Shown here one piece after another: positions 1 to 12,770 of a stretch of DNA of 64,000 nt. Positions within the stretch are counted from its first letter, which is position 1, and every line of letters begins with the position of its first letter. The notes under the pieces are model-generated. The model made no database searches. It had not been told where the DNA came from and worked only from the letters and a program-made list of their open reading frames with translations. The translations under genes were made by a program, and so were the position numbers. This stretch comes from Mustelus asterias (lineage: Eukaryota), in the NCBI RefSeq assembly GCF_964213995.1, contig NW_027590138.1, forward strand, positions 806,001 to 870,000. The letters are read 5' to 3'.

Positions 1-559
1 GGCACCCAGTTCCAGATCATGATCACTCGCTGCACCCACCATATCTCCAACCAAGTAATGAGTGCTGCATATTACACACATTTGAACAGGAAGTGATGAG
101 CATGGATTCATTAACCAACATGAATTGGCACCTTTAGGAGAATTGGGAGGGTGTATAGTGCGATACAGCAGGGTAAGAATAGTGGGGAAAAGTAAAGAAT
201 TTTCTATAAAAACTGGAATTGTCTTTTCTGAATTTCTAAGTTGCACTGACAGTGATGAATTTTGGAAATTCGTGTTACAGGATATCAGAAGAGGATTTCC
301 AGACAGAAATCTCAAAACAAACACTCATGGTGATCTGACAGATTAACTCCATTCATCGGGACCTGGACAACATCAGCCTTTGGAATCTACAAAGAGAAAT
401 ATTTGTCTGTTCTTCTGCTTCAAGAGATTTCAACCATAAATGTGATTGGAAAAGCAAGAACACATCTTGAAAAGACAGCACCAGTCACATTGGGGTGAGA
501 CCATTCGGGTGTTTTGTTGTGGATGAGGCTTCAGCTGACTGTCAAACTGGGAGAGACAC

Positions 560-1477
560 ATGGACACCAGCACCATGGAGAAGCCGTGGAAATGTGGAGA
601 CTGTGGTAAAGGATTCAATTTCTCACACCAACTGGAAACTCATCGATGTAATCACACTGGGGAGAGGCCGTTCATTTGTTTGGAGTGTGGGAAGGGATTT
701 GCTCATTCATCCTCCCTGCAGACACACAAACGAGTTCACACAGGGGAGTGGCCATTCACCTGCCCCGAGTGCGGGAAAGGATTCACAAGTTCATCCCACC
801 TGGAGACACACAAGCGAGTTCACAGCGGGGAGAAGCCATTCACCTGCTCCGATTGTGGGAAGAGATTCAGTGAATCATCCAACTTGCTGATGCACCAGCG
901 AGGTCACACCGGGGAGAAATGGTTCACGTGTTCAGAGTGTGGGAAGGGATTCACTCAGTTATCCCACCTGCAGACACACGAGCGAGTTCACACTGGGGAG
1001 AGGCCATTCATCTGCCCTGAGTGTGGGAAAGGATTCAGTAATTCATCCAACCTGCAGAGACACCAGCGAATTCACACCAGGGAGAGACTGTTCAGCTGCT
1101 CCGAGTGTGGGAAGGGATTCACTGATTCATCCTATCTGCTGATACATCAGCGAGTTCACACTGGGGAGAGGCCGTTCATCTGCTCTGAGTGTGGGAAGCA
1201 TTTTCCTTATGCATCAAATCTGCAGAGACACCGACGATTGCACACTGGGGAGAGACCATTCACCTGCTCCTATTGTGGGAAAACATTCACTCAGTCATCC
1301 CACCTGCAGATACATCAGCGGGTTCACACTGGAGAGAGACCATTCACCTGCTCTCAGTGTGGGAAAGGATTCAGTAATTCATCCAACCTGCGGACACACC
1401 AGCGAGTTCACACTGGGGAGAGACCAGACTCCTGTTCCACATGTGAGAAGGATACAATCGATCATCTAATTGGCTGA
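560..1477 (+). CDS. Tandem C2H2 zinc-finger protein, 10 intact fingers, 11th frameshifted; no KRAB seen
   Basis: Repeated CxxC-x12-H-x3-H motifs with TGERPF linkers. ATG at 560 and Kozak ACCATGG at 575 (MEKPWKC). Family splice acceptor TTACAG|GATAT near 275-285. AATAAA at 1674. Confidence 0.9.
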   Translation: MDTSTMEKPWKCGDCGKGFNFSHQLETHRCNHTGERPFICLECGKGFAHSSSLQTHKRVHTGEWPFTCPECGKGFTSSSHLETHKRVHSGEKPFTCSDCGKRFSESSNLLMHQRGHTGEKWFTCSECGKGFTQLSHLQTHERVHTGERPFICPECGKGFSNSSNLQRHQRIHTRERLFSCSECGKGFTDSSYLLIHQRVHTGERPFICSECGKHFPYASNLQRHRRLHTGERPFTCSYCGKTFTQSSHLQIHQRVHTGERPFTCSQCGKGFSNSSNLRTHQRVHTGERPDSCSTCEKDTIDHLIG

Positions 1478-1734
1478 CACACCGGCGAGTTCAGCAGTGA
1501 TTATTGGGATTGGATTCTGCTGCTGTTGCTGCTGTTAATGACATCCAAGCCTGAACTCTGTTCATTCTGATAGTTTGGGTTTGTTTCTGTTGATGTTTAC
1601 AATCTCTGTAACTGGACTGGATGTTTAATATTCTGGAACTTGGCTTGTTTTACCTTGTGACCCTTACTCTTCTAATAAAGTATCTTTCTTTGGTCTATAG
1701 CAAATAGTGATTTACTTGTAATTTTTTTCAACTG

Positions 1735-2390
1735 AGTCAGAGCAGAGGAATAACCTCTCCCCAGTGTGAATCTGCTGGTGCACTGTGAGGTGAGATAATC
1801 GCCTGAACTCAGTCCTAAAGTGAGAGCACCTGAACGGTCTCTCGTCAGTGTGGACAAGTTGATAGGATATCACTTCCCTGGAACTTTTACAGCTCTTCTC
1901 GTAATCTGGGCAATTAACAAAATCACTCAAGTGTGAACACGTTTGTGTGTCATATGGTGGGATGACTGAATGAATCCCTTTCCATCTCTGCAGCGTTTGA
2001 ACAATCTCCCCCCAGTGTGAATATGTCAGTGAGACAACAGGTTGGCTGATGGAGTGAAATCAGTCCAATACACAGAGCCGGTGAACGGCCTCTCCCCGGT
2101 GCACGATGAGCTTCCAGCTCAGACAGGTAACTGAATCCCTCATCACTGTCCTCACTCTTCCATGGTTCCTCCCCAGGATGTTTATATTTGTAGCTCCTGA
2201 GGCCAGATGATCAACTGAAGCTGCGTCCACACAGAGAACAGTTTCATCTACTGTGAACAATGCTTTTTCCTTCAATGTTTAAATGATAATCAAGTTACCG
2301 TTAACTGGGCAGCTCCGTCAACTCCTGATGTGATGTTTGTTCAAAGATTCCTGACTGCAAATCCTCCTCTTCTAAAACTCTGTGACACTG
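1735..2390 (-). pseudogene. Degenerate C2H2 ZNF pseudogene
   Basis: Fragments such as [35 protein letters not shown] with stops and frameshifts. Polypyrimidine acceptor near 2380-2410 on the minus strand. Confidence 0.8.
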
Positions 2391-2574
2391 AATTTAAAAG
2401 AAAAAAAATGTGAGAGAGAACCCACAAAAACACAAAGGCAGGTTGTGAAATTGAGCGGAATGAATCTGGTCATTTCTGGGGCCGGCACTAGGTAAAAGTG
2501 ACCATGAAAATTCTGGAGTGTCATTAAAAACCCAATTGATTCACTGATGTCCTGCAGGGAAGGGATTGAATGTC

Positions 2575-3600
2575 ACCCATTCAATAGGATCATGGCTGAT
2601 CTGACATTCCTCATGTCCACTTTCTTGCCCTTTTCCCGTAACCCTTGATTTCCTTATTGATCAAAAATATACACAAGGGCTTTGCCCCCACAGCTCTCTG
2701 TGGCAAGGACTTGCAAAGACTCTCAACCCTCTGGGAGAAGAAATTGCTCCTGATCTCAGTCTTAAATTGGCACCTTTTATTCTGAGACTGTGCCCTCTGG
2801 TCCCAGACTCTCCCATGAGAGGAAACATCCGCTCAGCATTTACCCTCTCAAGTCCCTTAAGAATCCAATATGCTTCAATGAGATCACCTCTCATTCTTCT
2901 AAATTCCAATGAGGAGAGGCCCAACCTGTTTAAACTTTCCTCATAAAACAATCCCTCCATAACGGGGATAATCCAAGTGAATCTACTGTGAACTGCCTCC
3001 AATGAAATAATATTTTTCCTGAAATAAGGAGACCAAAACTGCTCACAGTCCTCCAGATATGGTCTCGCCAGTACCTTGTACAGTTGTAGCAAGACTTCCC
3101 TACTCATATACTCCAACCACAGTGGCACTGCAGTTAGCACTGCTGCTTCACAGCGCCAGAGACTCGGGTTCAATTCCTGGCTTGGGTCACTGTCTGTGTG
3201 GAGTTTGCACATTCTCCCCGGTTCTGCGTGGGTTTCCTCCGGGTGCTCCGGTTTCCTCCCACAGTCCAAAGATGTGCAGGTTAGGTGAACTGGTCATGCT
3301 AAATTCTCCCTCAGTGTACCTGAACAGGCGCCGGAGTGTGGCGACTAGTGGATTTTCACAGTAACATCATTGCATTGTTAATGTAAGCCTACTTGTGACA
3401 AATAAATAAACTTTACTTTACTTGAAATAAGGGCCAACATTCTATTAGGCTTCCTGATTACCAACTGCACCTGTGTGCTGGGTTTCTGTGTTTTGTGCAG
3501 AAGTCCCCCAAGTCCTGTTGTGTTGCAGCTTTACAGTCTTTTCCCCATTTAAATAATACTCCCCTGCTCTCCCTTCCAAAATGAACTGTTTCACATTTTC
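2575..3600 (-). mobile_element. CR1-clade (HER1-like) LINE 3' fragment interrupted by a V-SINE
   Basis: LLQLYKVLARPYLEDCEQFWSPY..LEFRRMRGDLIE motif of CR1 ORF2. SINE inserted at about 3117-3424. Confidence 0.85.
3117..3424 (+). mobile_element. tRNA-derived V-SINE (HE1-like head), tail type B
   Basis: A/B-box head, core GCGTGGGTTTCCTCCGGGTGCTCCGGTTTCCTCCCACAGTCCAAAGA, tail ending TGTGACAAATAAATAAACTTTACTTTA. Confidence 0.85.
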
Positions 3601-4465
3601 CAACATTATCATAGAGTCCCTACAGTGCAGAAGGAGGACATTCAACCCATGGGTCGCACCAATTCTCTCACATAGTATCTTACCCAGAGCCTCTCCCCCA
3701 CCCTATCCCCATACCCTCACACATTTACCATGGCTAATCCATCTAACCTACATGTCTTGGGACACTAAGGGAAATGGCTAACCCACTTAATCTGCACATC
3801 TCTGGACTGTGGGAGAAAACCAGAGCATCTGGAGGAAACCCACACAGAGGAAAGCTGCTGGATTATCATAAAAACCCAAGTGTTATGCTGATGTCTGTCA
3901 AGAAAGGAAATCTGGCACCTGGTCTCGAGTGGAGACAGAGAGAAGTAGAAGGGGCCGGGGTGAAGGAGAGGGATTTTATACATCTAGAACTCAATGAGAA
4001 CTTTGACAGAATCTCCCAAATCCTCAACCTCCACCACCTAGAAGGACCAAGGTAGCAGGTAGATGTGAACGCCATCACCTCCGAGTTTCTCCCCCCACAA
4101 CTCGCACACAATCCTGACTTGTCTGAAATCCAGTACTAAAAGAACTGAAACTTCTTTCATACAAACACTGGGAAGACTGAACCCATTGTCTTCAGTCCCC
4201 ACTACAAACTCCACTCCCTCACCAGCAACTCTATCTTCCTGGTAACTGTCTGAGGCTGAACCAAACTGTTCACAACCATGGTGAAATATTTCACCCCAAG
4301 ATGAGCTTCCAACCACATATCCACATCATCATCAAAACCGCCTATTCCCATCTCAGTGACATCGCCCGACTCCACCCCAGTCTCACTTCATCTGGAACTC
4401 TCATCCATTCCAATGTGACGTGGAGCTCAAGGGAATGGAACTGACCAAATTGCTCCACAGAGAGT

Positions 4466-4640
4466 ACAGTAAGTCTCACAACACTAGGTTAAAGTCCAAC
4501 AGGTTTATTTGGAATCACGAGCTTTTGGAGCACTGCTCCTTCCTCAGGTCACTCACCTGATGGACTTTAACCTGGTGTTGTGAGACTTCTTACTATGCCC
4601 AACCCAGTCCAATGCCGGCATCTCCACATCATGGCTACCA
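4466..4640. mobile_element. Penelope-like terminal repeat fragments in inverted arrangement
   Basis: 4468-4497 is the reverse complement of about 4561-4593. The sequence matches the 3' end of the Penelope relic at 26085-26175. Confidence 0.7.
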
Positions 4641-5109
4641 CGGAGAGTCAGCATGGATTTAAGTTGCCAAATGCATTTCCTTCTATGTTGTAATCTCTGC
4701 ATCACTGGAAATTGATAAAGCAGCCACACTGCTGTATATTTCAAGTCAAAAAATATGGGATCATAAATAACATATCTCTCTCCCATACAAATTTACAGTT
4801 CATTTAAATGTTAGCCCTCTTCTGGGAAAACTGAATTGTGAACATTGGGTAAGAGGCTACCCTATTAGCCAGATAAACTGAGGGAACTAAAAGATGTCAA
4901 TGTCTTTGAGAGAGAAACAAAAATATACCTGGGCCTAGTCCTGTTCCTGAATCCGGTCTTCATCTGTAACCTTTCCAGAGTCTGCAGCCTCCCTGGATTC
5001 ACTTCCTTTCCCTTCAGTTGCTGCAAGTCCCCAATTTCCCCCAGAATGAGAAAAGAAATGGAAAGGGGGAAACATTGATTTCCTCCCAGATGTTGCCCAG
5101 AAGAGGGAG

Positions 5110-5520
5110 TTTGGACAACTTCCGCATTGTGACGTCCATAAGAGAGCTCTGCCTAAATCAGCCAATAGGAATCATTCTGCTCCGCGATGACGTCTCCGGG
5201 TTCCAGTGCTCAGGCCCGGGCGTGCGGACCCGGGAGCCCCGCCCCCACCCATTGTTCCCCCTCCACCTCTTCCAGCCACGGTTTCCAATCAACCGGCTGA
5301 CGGCTCCGGCCAGAGCGAGAAGCCGCGTCATGATCGCCCCCTCCCTCGGCCCGGGACTGCGCATGTCCAAGGGAGAGGGGAAGATGCGCATGTGCGGGGC
5401 GAGCCAACCTTTTGACCTGCTGCTGAGGTGTTGGCCAATGGAAAGTTGGAGGAACGGATGTTCTGGTCCTCCAGCCAATCAGAGCTCGCCCATTGTCTGA
5501 ATGCGGAAGTGGACAATGAG
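5110..5520. promoter_or_regulatory. CpG-rich bidirectional promoter cassette, copy 1
   Basis: TGACGT (CRE-like) x2, CCAAT boxes, GC box CCCCGCCCC, NRF1-like TGCGCATG x2, ETS CGGAAGTG. Flanked by inverted leader-exon copies at about 4893-5110 (-) and 5549-5650 (+). Confidence 0.75.
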
Positions 5521-6099
5521 CTTGTTCAGCTGCTCATTCCTGCCTTGACTTGCAGCAACTGAAGGGAAACGGAGTGACTCCAGGGAGGGTGCAGACTCTG
5601 GAAAGGTTGGCCCAGGTTTCTCTTTCTCTTAAAGACATTGACATCCTTTGCTCCCTCAGCTTGACACATTGATTTGTCTGGCTAAAAGGTCCCTTTCCTA
5701 ATGTTCACAATTAAAGGGCTGGTTTCCCCTGGTGATGGCTGACATTTAAAAGGACAATAAATTAATATAGGACAGAGATATGCCTTGTGTTGTTATATAG
5801 TAGATTTGGTATAATATTTATGGTTCTGTAACAAAGTACGTTTATTATTATTTCTTGTTTTGTAATGTAGCACTGAAGCTATGTTATATATTTTCACTCA
5901 TTGAGTCATTACAGCGCAGAAGGAGTCCATTCAGTAACTCGAATCCATGCCGACTCTCTGTAGAACAATCCAGTCAGTCCCATTCCCTTTCTATATTCCC
6001 TTTCCCCTGCAAGTTTATTTCCTTCATGTGCCCATCTAATTTCTGAAATATATTAAAGGGGACAGTAAACTAATATCGGACAGAGACGTGTCTGATGTT

Positions 6100-6452
6100 G
6101 TTTTTTATTCATCCTTGGGACACGGGCATTGCCGGCTGGGCCAGCATTTATTGCCCATCCCCAATTGCCCTTGAACTGAATGGCTCGCTCGGCCATTTCA
6201 GAAGCTGGGTGAGAGTCAACCACATTGCTGTGGCTCTGGAGTCACATGTAGGCCAGACTGGGTAAGGACGGCAGATTTCCTTCCCTAAAGCACATTAATG
6301 AACCAGACGGGTTTTTTGGTCAATCGACAATGGTTTCATGGTCATCAGTAGATTCTTAATTCTAGATTTTGTTTTCAAATTCAAATTCCACCATCTGCCG
6401 TGGCAGGATTCAAACCCGGGTCCCCAGAACATCAGCTAAGTTTCTGGATTAA
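6100..6452 (-). mobile_element. tRNA-derived SINE family 2 (L2-type tail), split by the CR1 at 6453-8000; head remnant at about 8001-8033
   Basis: GCCAGCATTTATTGCCCATCCC...GGCAGATTTCCTTCCCTAAAG...GATTCAAACCCGGG. Other copies at about 12775-13090, 17225-17578, 38975-41177 and their mirrors. Confidence 0.7.
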
Positions 6453-8000
6453 TAGAACATAGAACAGTACAGCACAGAACAGGCCCTTCGACCCACGATG
6501 TTGTGCCGAGCTTTATCTGAAACCAAGATCAAGCTATCCCACTCCCTATCATCCTGGTGTGCTCCATGTGCCTATCCAATAACCGCTTAAATGTTCCTAA
6601 AGTGTCTGACTCCACTATCACTGCAGGCAGTCCATTCCACACCCCAACCACTCTCTGCGTGAAGAACCTACCTCTGATATCCGTCCTGTATCTCCCACCA
6701 CGAACCCTATAGTTATGCCCCCTTGTAATAGCTCCATCCACCCGAGGAAATAGTCTTTGAACGTTCACTCTATCTATCCCCTTCATCATTTTATACACCT
6801 CTATTAAGTCTCCCCTCCGCCTCCTCCGCTCCAGAGAGAACAGCCCTAGCTCCCTCAACCTTTCCTCATATGACCTACCCTCCAAACCAGGCAGCATCCT
6901 GGTAAATCTCCTCTGCACTCTTTCCAGCGCTTCCACATCCTTCTTATAGTGAGGTGACCAGAACTGCACACAATATTCCAAATGTGGTCTCACCAAGGTC
7001 CTGTGCAGTTGCAGCATAACCCCACGGCTCTTAAACTCCAACCCCCTGTTAATAAAAGCTAACACACTATAGGCCTTCTTCACAGCTCTATCCACTTGAG
7101 TGGCAACCTTTAGAGATCTGTGGATATGGACCCCAAGATCTCTCTGTTCCTCCACAGTCTTCAGAACCCTACCTTTGACCCTGTAATCCACATTTAAATT
7201 TGTCCTACCAAAATGAATCACCTCACATTTAACAGGGTTAAACTCCATTTGCCATTTTTCAGCCCAGCTTTGCATCCTATCTATGTCTCTTTGCAGCCTA
7301 CAACAGCTGTCCACCTCATCCACTACTCCACCAATCTTGGTGTCATCAGCAAATTTACTGATCCACCCTTCAGCCCCCTCCTCTAAGTCATTAATAAAAA
7401 TCACAAAGAGCAGAGGACCAAGCACTGATCCCTGCGGCACACCGCTAGCAACCTGCCTCCAATCCGAAAATTTTCCATCCACCACCACCCTCTGTCTTCG
7501 GTCAGACAGCCAGTTACCTATCCAATCGGCCAACTTTCCCTCTATCCCACACCTCCTTACTTTCATCATAAGCCGACCATGGGGGACCTTATCAAACGCC
7601 TTACTAAAATCCATGTATATGACATCAACTGCCCTACCTTCATCAACACACTTAGTTACCTCCTCAAAAAATTCTATCAAATTTGTGAGGCACGACTTGC
7701 CCTTCACGAATCCGTGCTGACTATCTCGGATTAATCCGCATCTTTCTAAATGGTCGTAAATCCCATCCCTAAGGACCCTTTCCATCAATTTACCAACCAC
7801 CGAAGTAAGACTAACCGGTCTATAATTACCAGGGTCATTTCTATTCCCTTTCTTAAACAGAGGAACAACATTCGCCATTCTCCAGTCCTCTGGCACCATC
7901 CCCGTGGACAGCGAGGACCCAAAGATCAACGCCAAAGGCTCTGCAATCTCATCCCTTGCCTCCCACAGAATCCTAGGATACATTTCATCAGGCCCAGGGG
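6453..8000 (-). mobile_element. Young 5'-truncated CR1/HER1-like LINE with an uninterrupted 484-aa reverse transcriptase ORF (6529-7983)
   Basis: NYRPVSLTS, DFSKAFDKVPH, GVPQGSVLGP and KFADD motifs; (TTCTATG)-type tail at about 6453-6470. Confidence 0.95.
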
Positions 8001-9336
8001 ACTGGTGATTAATACTACAAGGCTATCCGCTCCCCTGTTGTTATATGGTACAGATTAGATATATTATTTATAGCTCTGTAATAAAATACACTTATTATAT
8101 CTGGCTGTGTAATTTTGGACTGCAGCTATATTATATATTTCCAACAATCTCTTCTCTCAGAGAATTGTTAGTGTCTAGATTTCTCTTCCATAGGGACCAG
8201 TGGAGGGATTGAATATATTCAAGGATGAGTTAGACAGTGTTTGAATGACAAGGGAGTCAATAATTATTGGGAACAGGCTGGAAAATGGAGAGAAAGCTCA
8301 GATGAGGAAGGATTTCTTCACTCAAGGATGTGGTGATGTTTTGGATTCTCTACCCCAGAGGACTACAGAGCCTCAGTCATCAAGAATTTTCAAGAGAGGG
8401 GTTGATAGGTTTCTAGATATTGAAGATATCGATGGATATGGGGGACAGTGTGGGGAAAATAATGCAGAGGTAGATCAACCAATAATCTCAATGAATGGTT
8501 GAGCAGACTCGATGGGCCGAATGCTGACTGCAGCTCCTATTTGTTCTGATTTCTGTGCTGGACAGGAAGCAGTGAGCATGGATCTGTCAATCAGCCTCAA
8601 TCAGCACCTTCAGGAGAATTGGGAGGGTGAATATTAGATACAGCAGAGTGAGAATGGAGGGAGAGTGTGTGGGATGGAGATTCACGGCTTTTGGGGAATG
8701 GGAGAGGAAAGAATGTTCATTAGAATCACAGAATTGCTCCATCTTATCAACCGTCCCTGAGCTTTCACAATGAATCCCACTTCTGAGGACACCCTTATCT
8801 CTGACTTGTCTGTACTGCTGGCAGTCTCACAAAGCAGCTGCCTGTGTGCTGATACGGGAGGCCCTGCTGGGCAAGTTTAATGCTCCATGACTGTGTCTTT
8901 AAAGAATGCTCCATAAACTAGAAATGTAGATTTGAATTTCGATCATATTCTGAATTGCAATGTTTTTTTTCTAAATTGACTTACAGGATATTAGACAAGG
9001 AGAAATCAGACAGAAATCTCCAACATCACATCGAGATCTGACAGAGTGACTCGACTTCTTGGGACCTGAATATCATCGGCCTTTGAATCTAGCAGGAGAA
9101 ATGCTTGTTTGGCCTCTTGGCTTCAAAAGATTGTAAACATCGCTGTGACTAGAAATGCATTGAGATACACACACCCGAGTGAGAGTGTTCCAGTGCACTG
9201 AGTGTGGAAAGAGCTTTAACCAGTTACACAGCCTGAAAATACATCGCAGCTTTCACAGCGGGGAGAGATTGTACCCGTGACCTGTGTGAGATTTAACTGA
9301 TTGTTTAACCTGGAGAGTCACAAGGACACCCGCACC

Positions 9337-10263
9337 ATGGAGAAACCGTGGAAATGTGGAGACTGTGGGAAGGGATTCATATCCCCATCTCGGCTGGAAA
9401 TTCATCAACGCAGTCACACTGGGGAGAGACCATTCACCTGCTCTGTGTGTGGGAAGGGATTCACTCAGTTATCCAGCCTGCAGAAACACAATCTCACTCA
9501 CACCAATGAGAGACCATTTAAATGCTGTGACTGTGGGAGTGGTTTTAAAAGCTCTCAGGATCTGGTGTCCCACCAGCGCATTCACACTGAGGAGAGACCG
9601 TTCAGCTGCTCTCACTGCACAAAGAAATTTAGAACTTCATCCAACCTGCAGATACACCAGCGAGTTCACACTGGGGAGAGATCGTTCACCTGCTCTGTGT
9701 GTGGGAAGGGATTCACTCAGTCATCCAGCCTGAAGACACACCGAGTCATTCATACCAATGAGAGACCCTTTAAATGCTGTGACTGTGGGAATGGCTTCAA
9801 AAGCTCTCAGAAACTGATCGTCCACCAGCGCATTCACACTGAGGAGAGGCCGTTCAGCTGCCCTCACTGCTCAAAGAGATTTAGAATATCTGCAGCATTG
9901 CTGAACCATCAGCGAGTTCACACCAGGGAGAGACCATTCACCTGCTCGGTGTGTGCGAAAGGATTCACTCAGTTATCCAGCCTCCGCAGACACAACATCA
10001 CTCACACCCAGGAGAGACCCTTTAAATGTTCTGACTGTGGGAGTGGCTTCAAAAGCTCTCATGAACTGATTACCCACCAGCGCATTCACACTGGGGAGAG
10101 ACCGTTCAGCTGCTCTGACTGTGGGAAGGGATTCGCTCAGTCATGCAACCTACGGGTACATCAGCGAGTTCACACTGGGCAGAGGCTGGTCACCTGCTCT
10201 GTGTGTGGGAAGGGATTCACTCGGTCAGCAAACTTGGTGAAACACCAGCGAGTTCACAAGTGA
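9337..10263 (+). CDS. Tandem C2H2 zinc-finger protein, 11 fingers
   Basis: ACCATGG at 9337 (MEKPWKC), 11 intact fingers, acceptor TTACAG|GATAT near 8986. Mirror copy at 60659-61585. Confidence 0.9.
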   Translation: MEKPWKCGDCGKGFISPSRLEIHQRSHTGERPFTCSVCGKGFTQLSSLQKHNLTHTNERPFKCCDCGSGFKSSQDLVSHQRIHTEERPFSCSHCTKKFRTSSNLQIHQRVHTGERSFTCSVCGKGFTQSSSLKTHRVIHTNERPFKCCDCGNGFKSSQKLIVHQRIHTEERPFSCPHCSKRFRISAALLNHQRVHTRERPFTCSVCAKGFTQLSSLRRHNITHTQERPFKCSDCGSGFKSSHELITHQRIHTGERPFSCSDCGKGFAQSCNLRVHQRVHTGQRLVTCSVCGKGFTRSANLVKHQRVHK

Positions 10264-10344
10264 TTACAGTTCTGGGATTATTCTTGTGAATCTTTCTTGC
10301 CCCTTCTCCAGTGCCTTTATTTCCTTTTTCTAAATGGAGATCAC

Positions 10345-11560
10345 TAATAGAACGTAGAACAGTACAGCACAGGAACAGACCCTTCAGCCCACGATATTGG
10401 GTCGAACATGATGCCAAATTAAACTTATCCGTTCTGCCTGCCCTTGGTCCATATTCCTTGCATATTTATGTGTTTATCTAAACGCCCCTATCGTATCTGC
10501 CTCCACCACCTGTGCTGCAGCGTGTTCCAGACACGACCACTCTCTGTGCAAAGGAAAAACTTGCCCCTCACATCTCCTTTGAACTTTCCCCCTCTCTCCT
10601 GAAGTGCATGCCCCCTAGTATTAGAAATTTTAACTCTGGGGAAAAAGATTCTGACTGTCAACCCTATCTCTGTCTCTCATAATTTTATAGACTTCAATCA
10701 GCTCTCCCCTCAATTTCTGCAGTTTCAGAGAAAACAACCCTAGTTTGTCCAGCCTCTCATTATAGCTCATCCCCTCCAATCCAGGCAGCATCCTGGTAAA
10801 CATCTTCTGCACCCTCTCCAAATCCTCTGCATCCTTCCTGTAATGTAGCGAACAGAATTGAATGCACTATTCTAAGTGCGGTCTAACCAAGGTTTTATAA
10901 AGCTGCAACATGACATCCTGAATAAAGGATGTCAGACTCAATAAAGGCAAGCATGCTATCTGCCTTCTTTACCACCTATCTACTGGTGTGGCCAATTTCA
11001 GGGAGCTCTGGACTTGAACCCCAAGATCATTGCTGTTCAGGGGTCTGCCATTAACTGGATACTTACCCTTAATATTTGATCTCCCAAAGTGCAGCACCTC
11101 ACACTTGCCTGGATTAAAATCCATCTGCCATTTCTCCGCTCATATCTGCAGCTGATCTACATCCCACTGTATCCTTTGACAACCTTCTACATTATCTACA
11201 ACTCCATCTAGCTTTGTGTTGTCTGCAAACTTACTAACCCACCCATCCACGTTTTCATCCAAGTCATTTATATGTATCCCAAAGAGCAAAGGTCCCAGTA
11301 CGGATCCCTGCAGAACACCACTCGTCACAGACCTCCAGTCAGAAAAACACCCTTCCACCACTATTTTCTGACTTCTATGGGCAAATCAATTCTGAATCCA
11401 AGTGGCCAAGTCACCGTGAATCCCATGCATCTTAATCTTCTGGATGAGGCGACCATGAGGGACCTTGTTGAAAGCCTCACTAAAATCTATGTACACAACA
11501 TCCACTGCTCTACCCTCAATGGTCACCCTTGTCAGCTCCTCAATAGAATCAATCAAGTTA
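10345..11560 (-). mobile_element. Degenerate CR1 LINE 3' portion
   Basis: RT fragments DFSEAFNKVPH, GVLQGSVLGP, ERVQKMFTRMLPG; CR1 tail near 10345-10400. Confidence 0.9.
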
Positions 11561-11664
11561 GAAAGATGTTGACATTGCTGCCAGTGTAGTCTGGTGATGA
11601 AAATATAGACTGGTTCAGTGAAATGTCGGTAACGGGTAGAATTGATATCTAATGAGGACTTTAG

Positions 11665-12770
11665 CAAGGGAGGTGTTGCATAAGGTTAAATCTCATGGGA
11701 TCCAGGGTGAAGTAGCTAAATGGATACAAAATTGGCTGGATGATAGAAGACAGGGGGTGGTTATAGAGGGTTGTTTTTCAAACTGGAGGCCTGTGACCAG
11801 TGGTGCACCACAGGGATCAATGCTGAGTCTACTCTTATTTGTCATTTATAATAATGATTTGGATGAAAATTTAGGAGGCATGGTTAGTAAGTTTGCAGAT
11901 GACACCAAGATTGGTGGCACAGTGGACAGTGAAGAAGGTTATCTCAGATTGCAACGGGATCTTGATCAATTGGGCTAGTGGGCTGATGAATGGCAAATGC
12001 AGTTTAATTTAGATAAATGCGAGGTGATGCATTTTGGTAGACTGAATCAGGGCAGGACTTACTCAGTTAATGGTAGGGCGTTGGGGAGAGTTACAGAACA
12101 AAGAGATCTAGGGGTACATGTTCACAGCTCCTTGAAAGTGGAGTCACAGGTGGACAGCGTGGTGAAGAAGGCATTCAGCATGCTTGGTTTCATTGGTCAG
12201 AACATTGAATACAGGAGTTGGGACGTCTTGTTGAAGTTGTACAAGACATTGGTAAGGCCACACTTGAAATACTGTGTACAGTTCTGGTCACCCGATTATA
12301 GAAAGGATATTATTAAACTAGAAAGAGTGCAGAAAAGATTTACTAGCATGCTACCAGGCCTTGATGGTTTAAGGTATAAGGAGAGGCTGGATAGACTGGG
12401 TGTTTTTTCCCTGGAGCGTAAGAGACTTGGGGGTGATCTTATAAAGGTCTAAGTAAAGTAACGTTTATTTATTAGTCACAAGTGGGCTTACATTAACACT
12501 GCAATTAAGTTATTGTGAAAATCCCCTAATCGCTGCACCGTGGCACCTGTTCGGGTACACTGAATGAGAATTTAGCATGACCAATGCATCAAACCTGCAC
12601 ATCTTTGGATTGTGGGAGGAAACTGGAGAACCCGGAGGAAACCTACGCAGACACGGGGAGAATGTGCAAACTCCACACAGACAGAGGGCATAGGTTTAAG
12701 GTGAGAGGGGAGAGATACAAAAGGGTCCAGAGGGGCAATTTTTTCACAGAGGGTGGTGGGTGTCTAGAAT
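11665..12770 (+). mobile_element. CR1 LINE fragment with a nested V-SINE (about 12452-12683, minus strand, tail B)
   Basis: KFADDTKIGG and RPHLKYCVQFWSP motifs; CR1 resumes at RGHRFKVRGE after the SINE. Confidence 0.9.

Noticed and set aside
676-1469. Overlapping alternate-frame ORFs in ZNF genes (..[11 protein letters not shown].., ..WEGIHS..), also 47710-48342
   Set aside because: Shadow frames produced by the 84-bp finger periodicity; no independent coding evidence.
560-1477. Regular 84-bp repeats resembling a CRISPR array
   Set aside because: They are zinc-finger linker codons in an open frame in vertebrate DNA; no cas genes.
2661-3269. 202-aa ORF (also 34592-35206) as a novel fusion protein
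   Set aside because: Chance in-frame junction of nested elements (SINE into CR1, Rex1 into CR1).
5018-5516. Long GC-rich ORFs over the promoter cassettes (also 21795-22345, 50113-50721)
   Set aside because: Stop-poor because of high GC; frames are not conserved between the three cassette copies.
9298-9300. Selenocysteine reading of the conserved in-frame TGA codons
   Set aside because: They are not at Cys positions, one paralog has TAA, and I could not identify a SECIS element. CGA-to-TGA decay is simpler.
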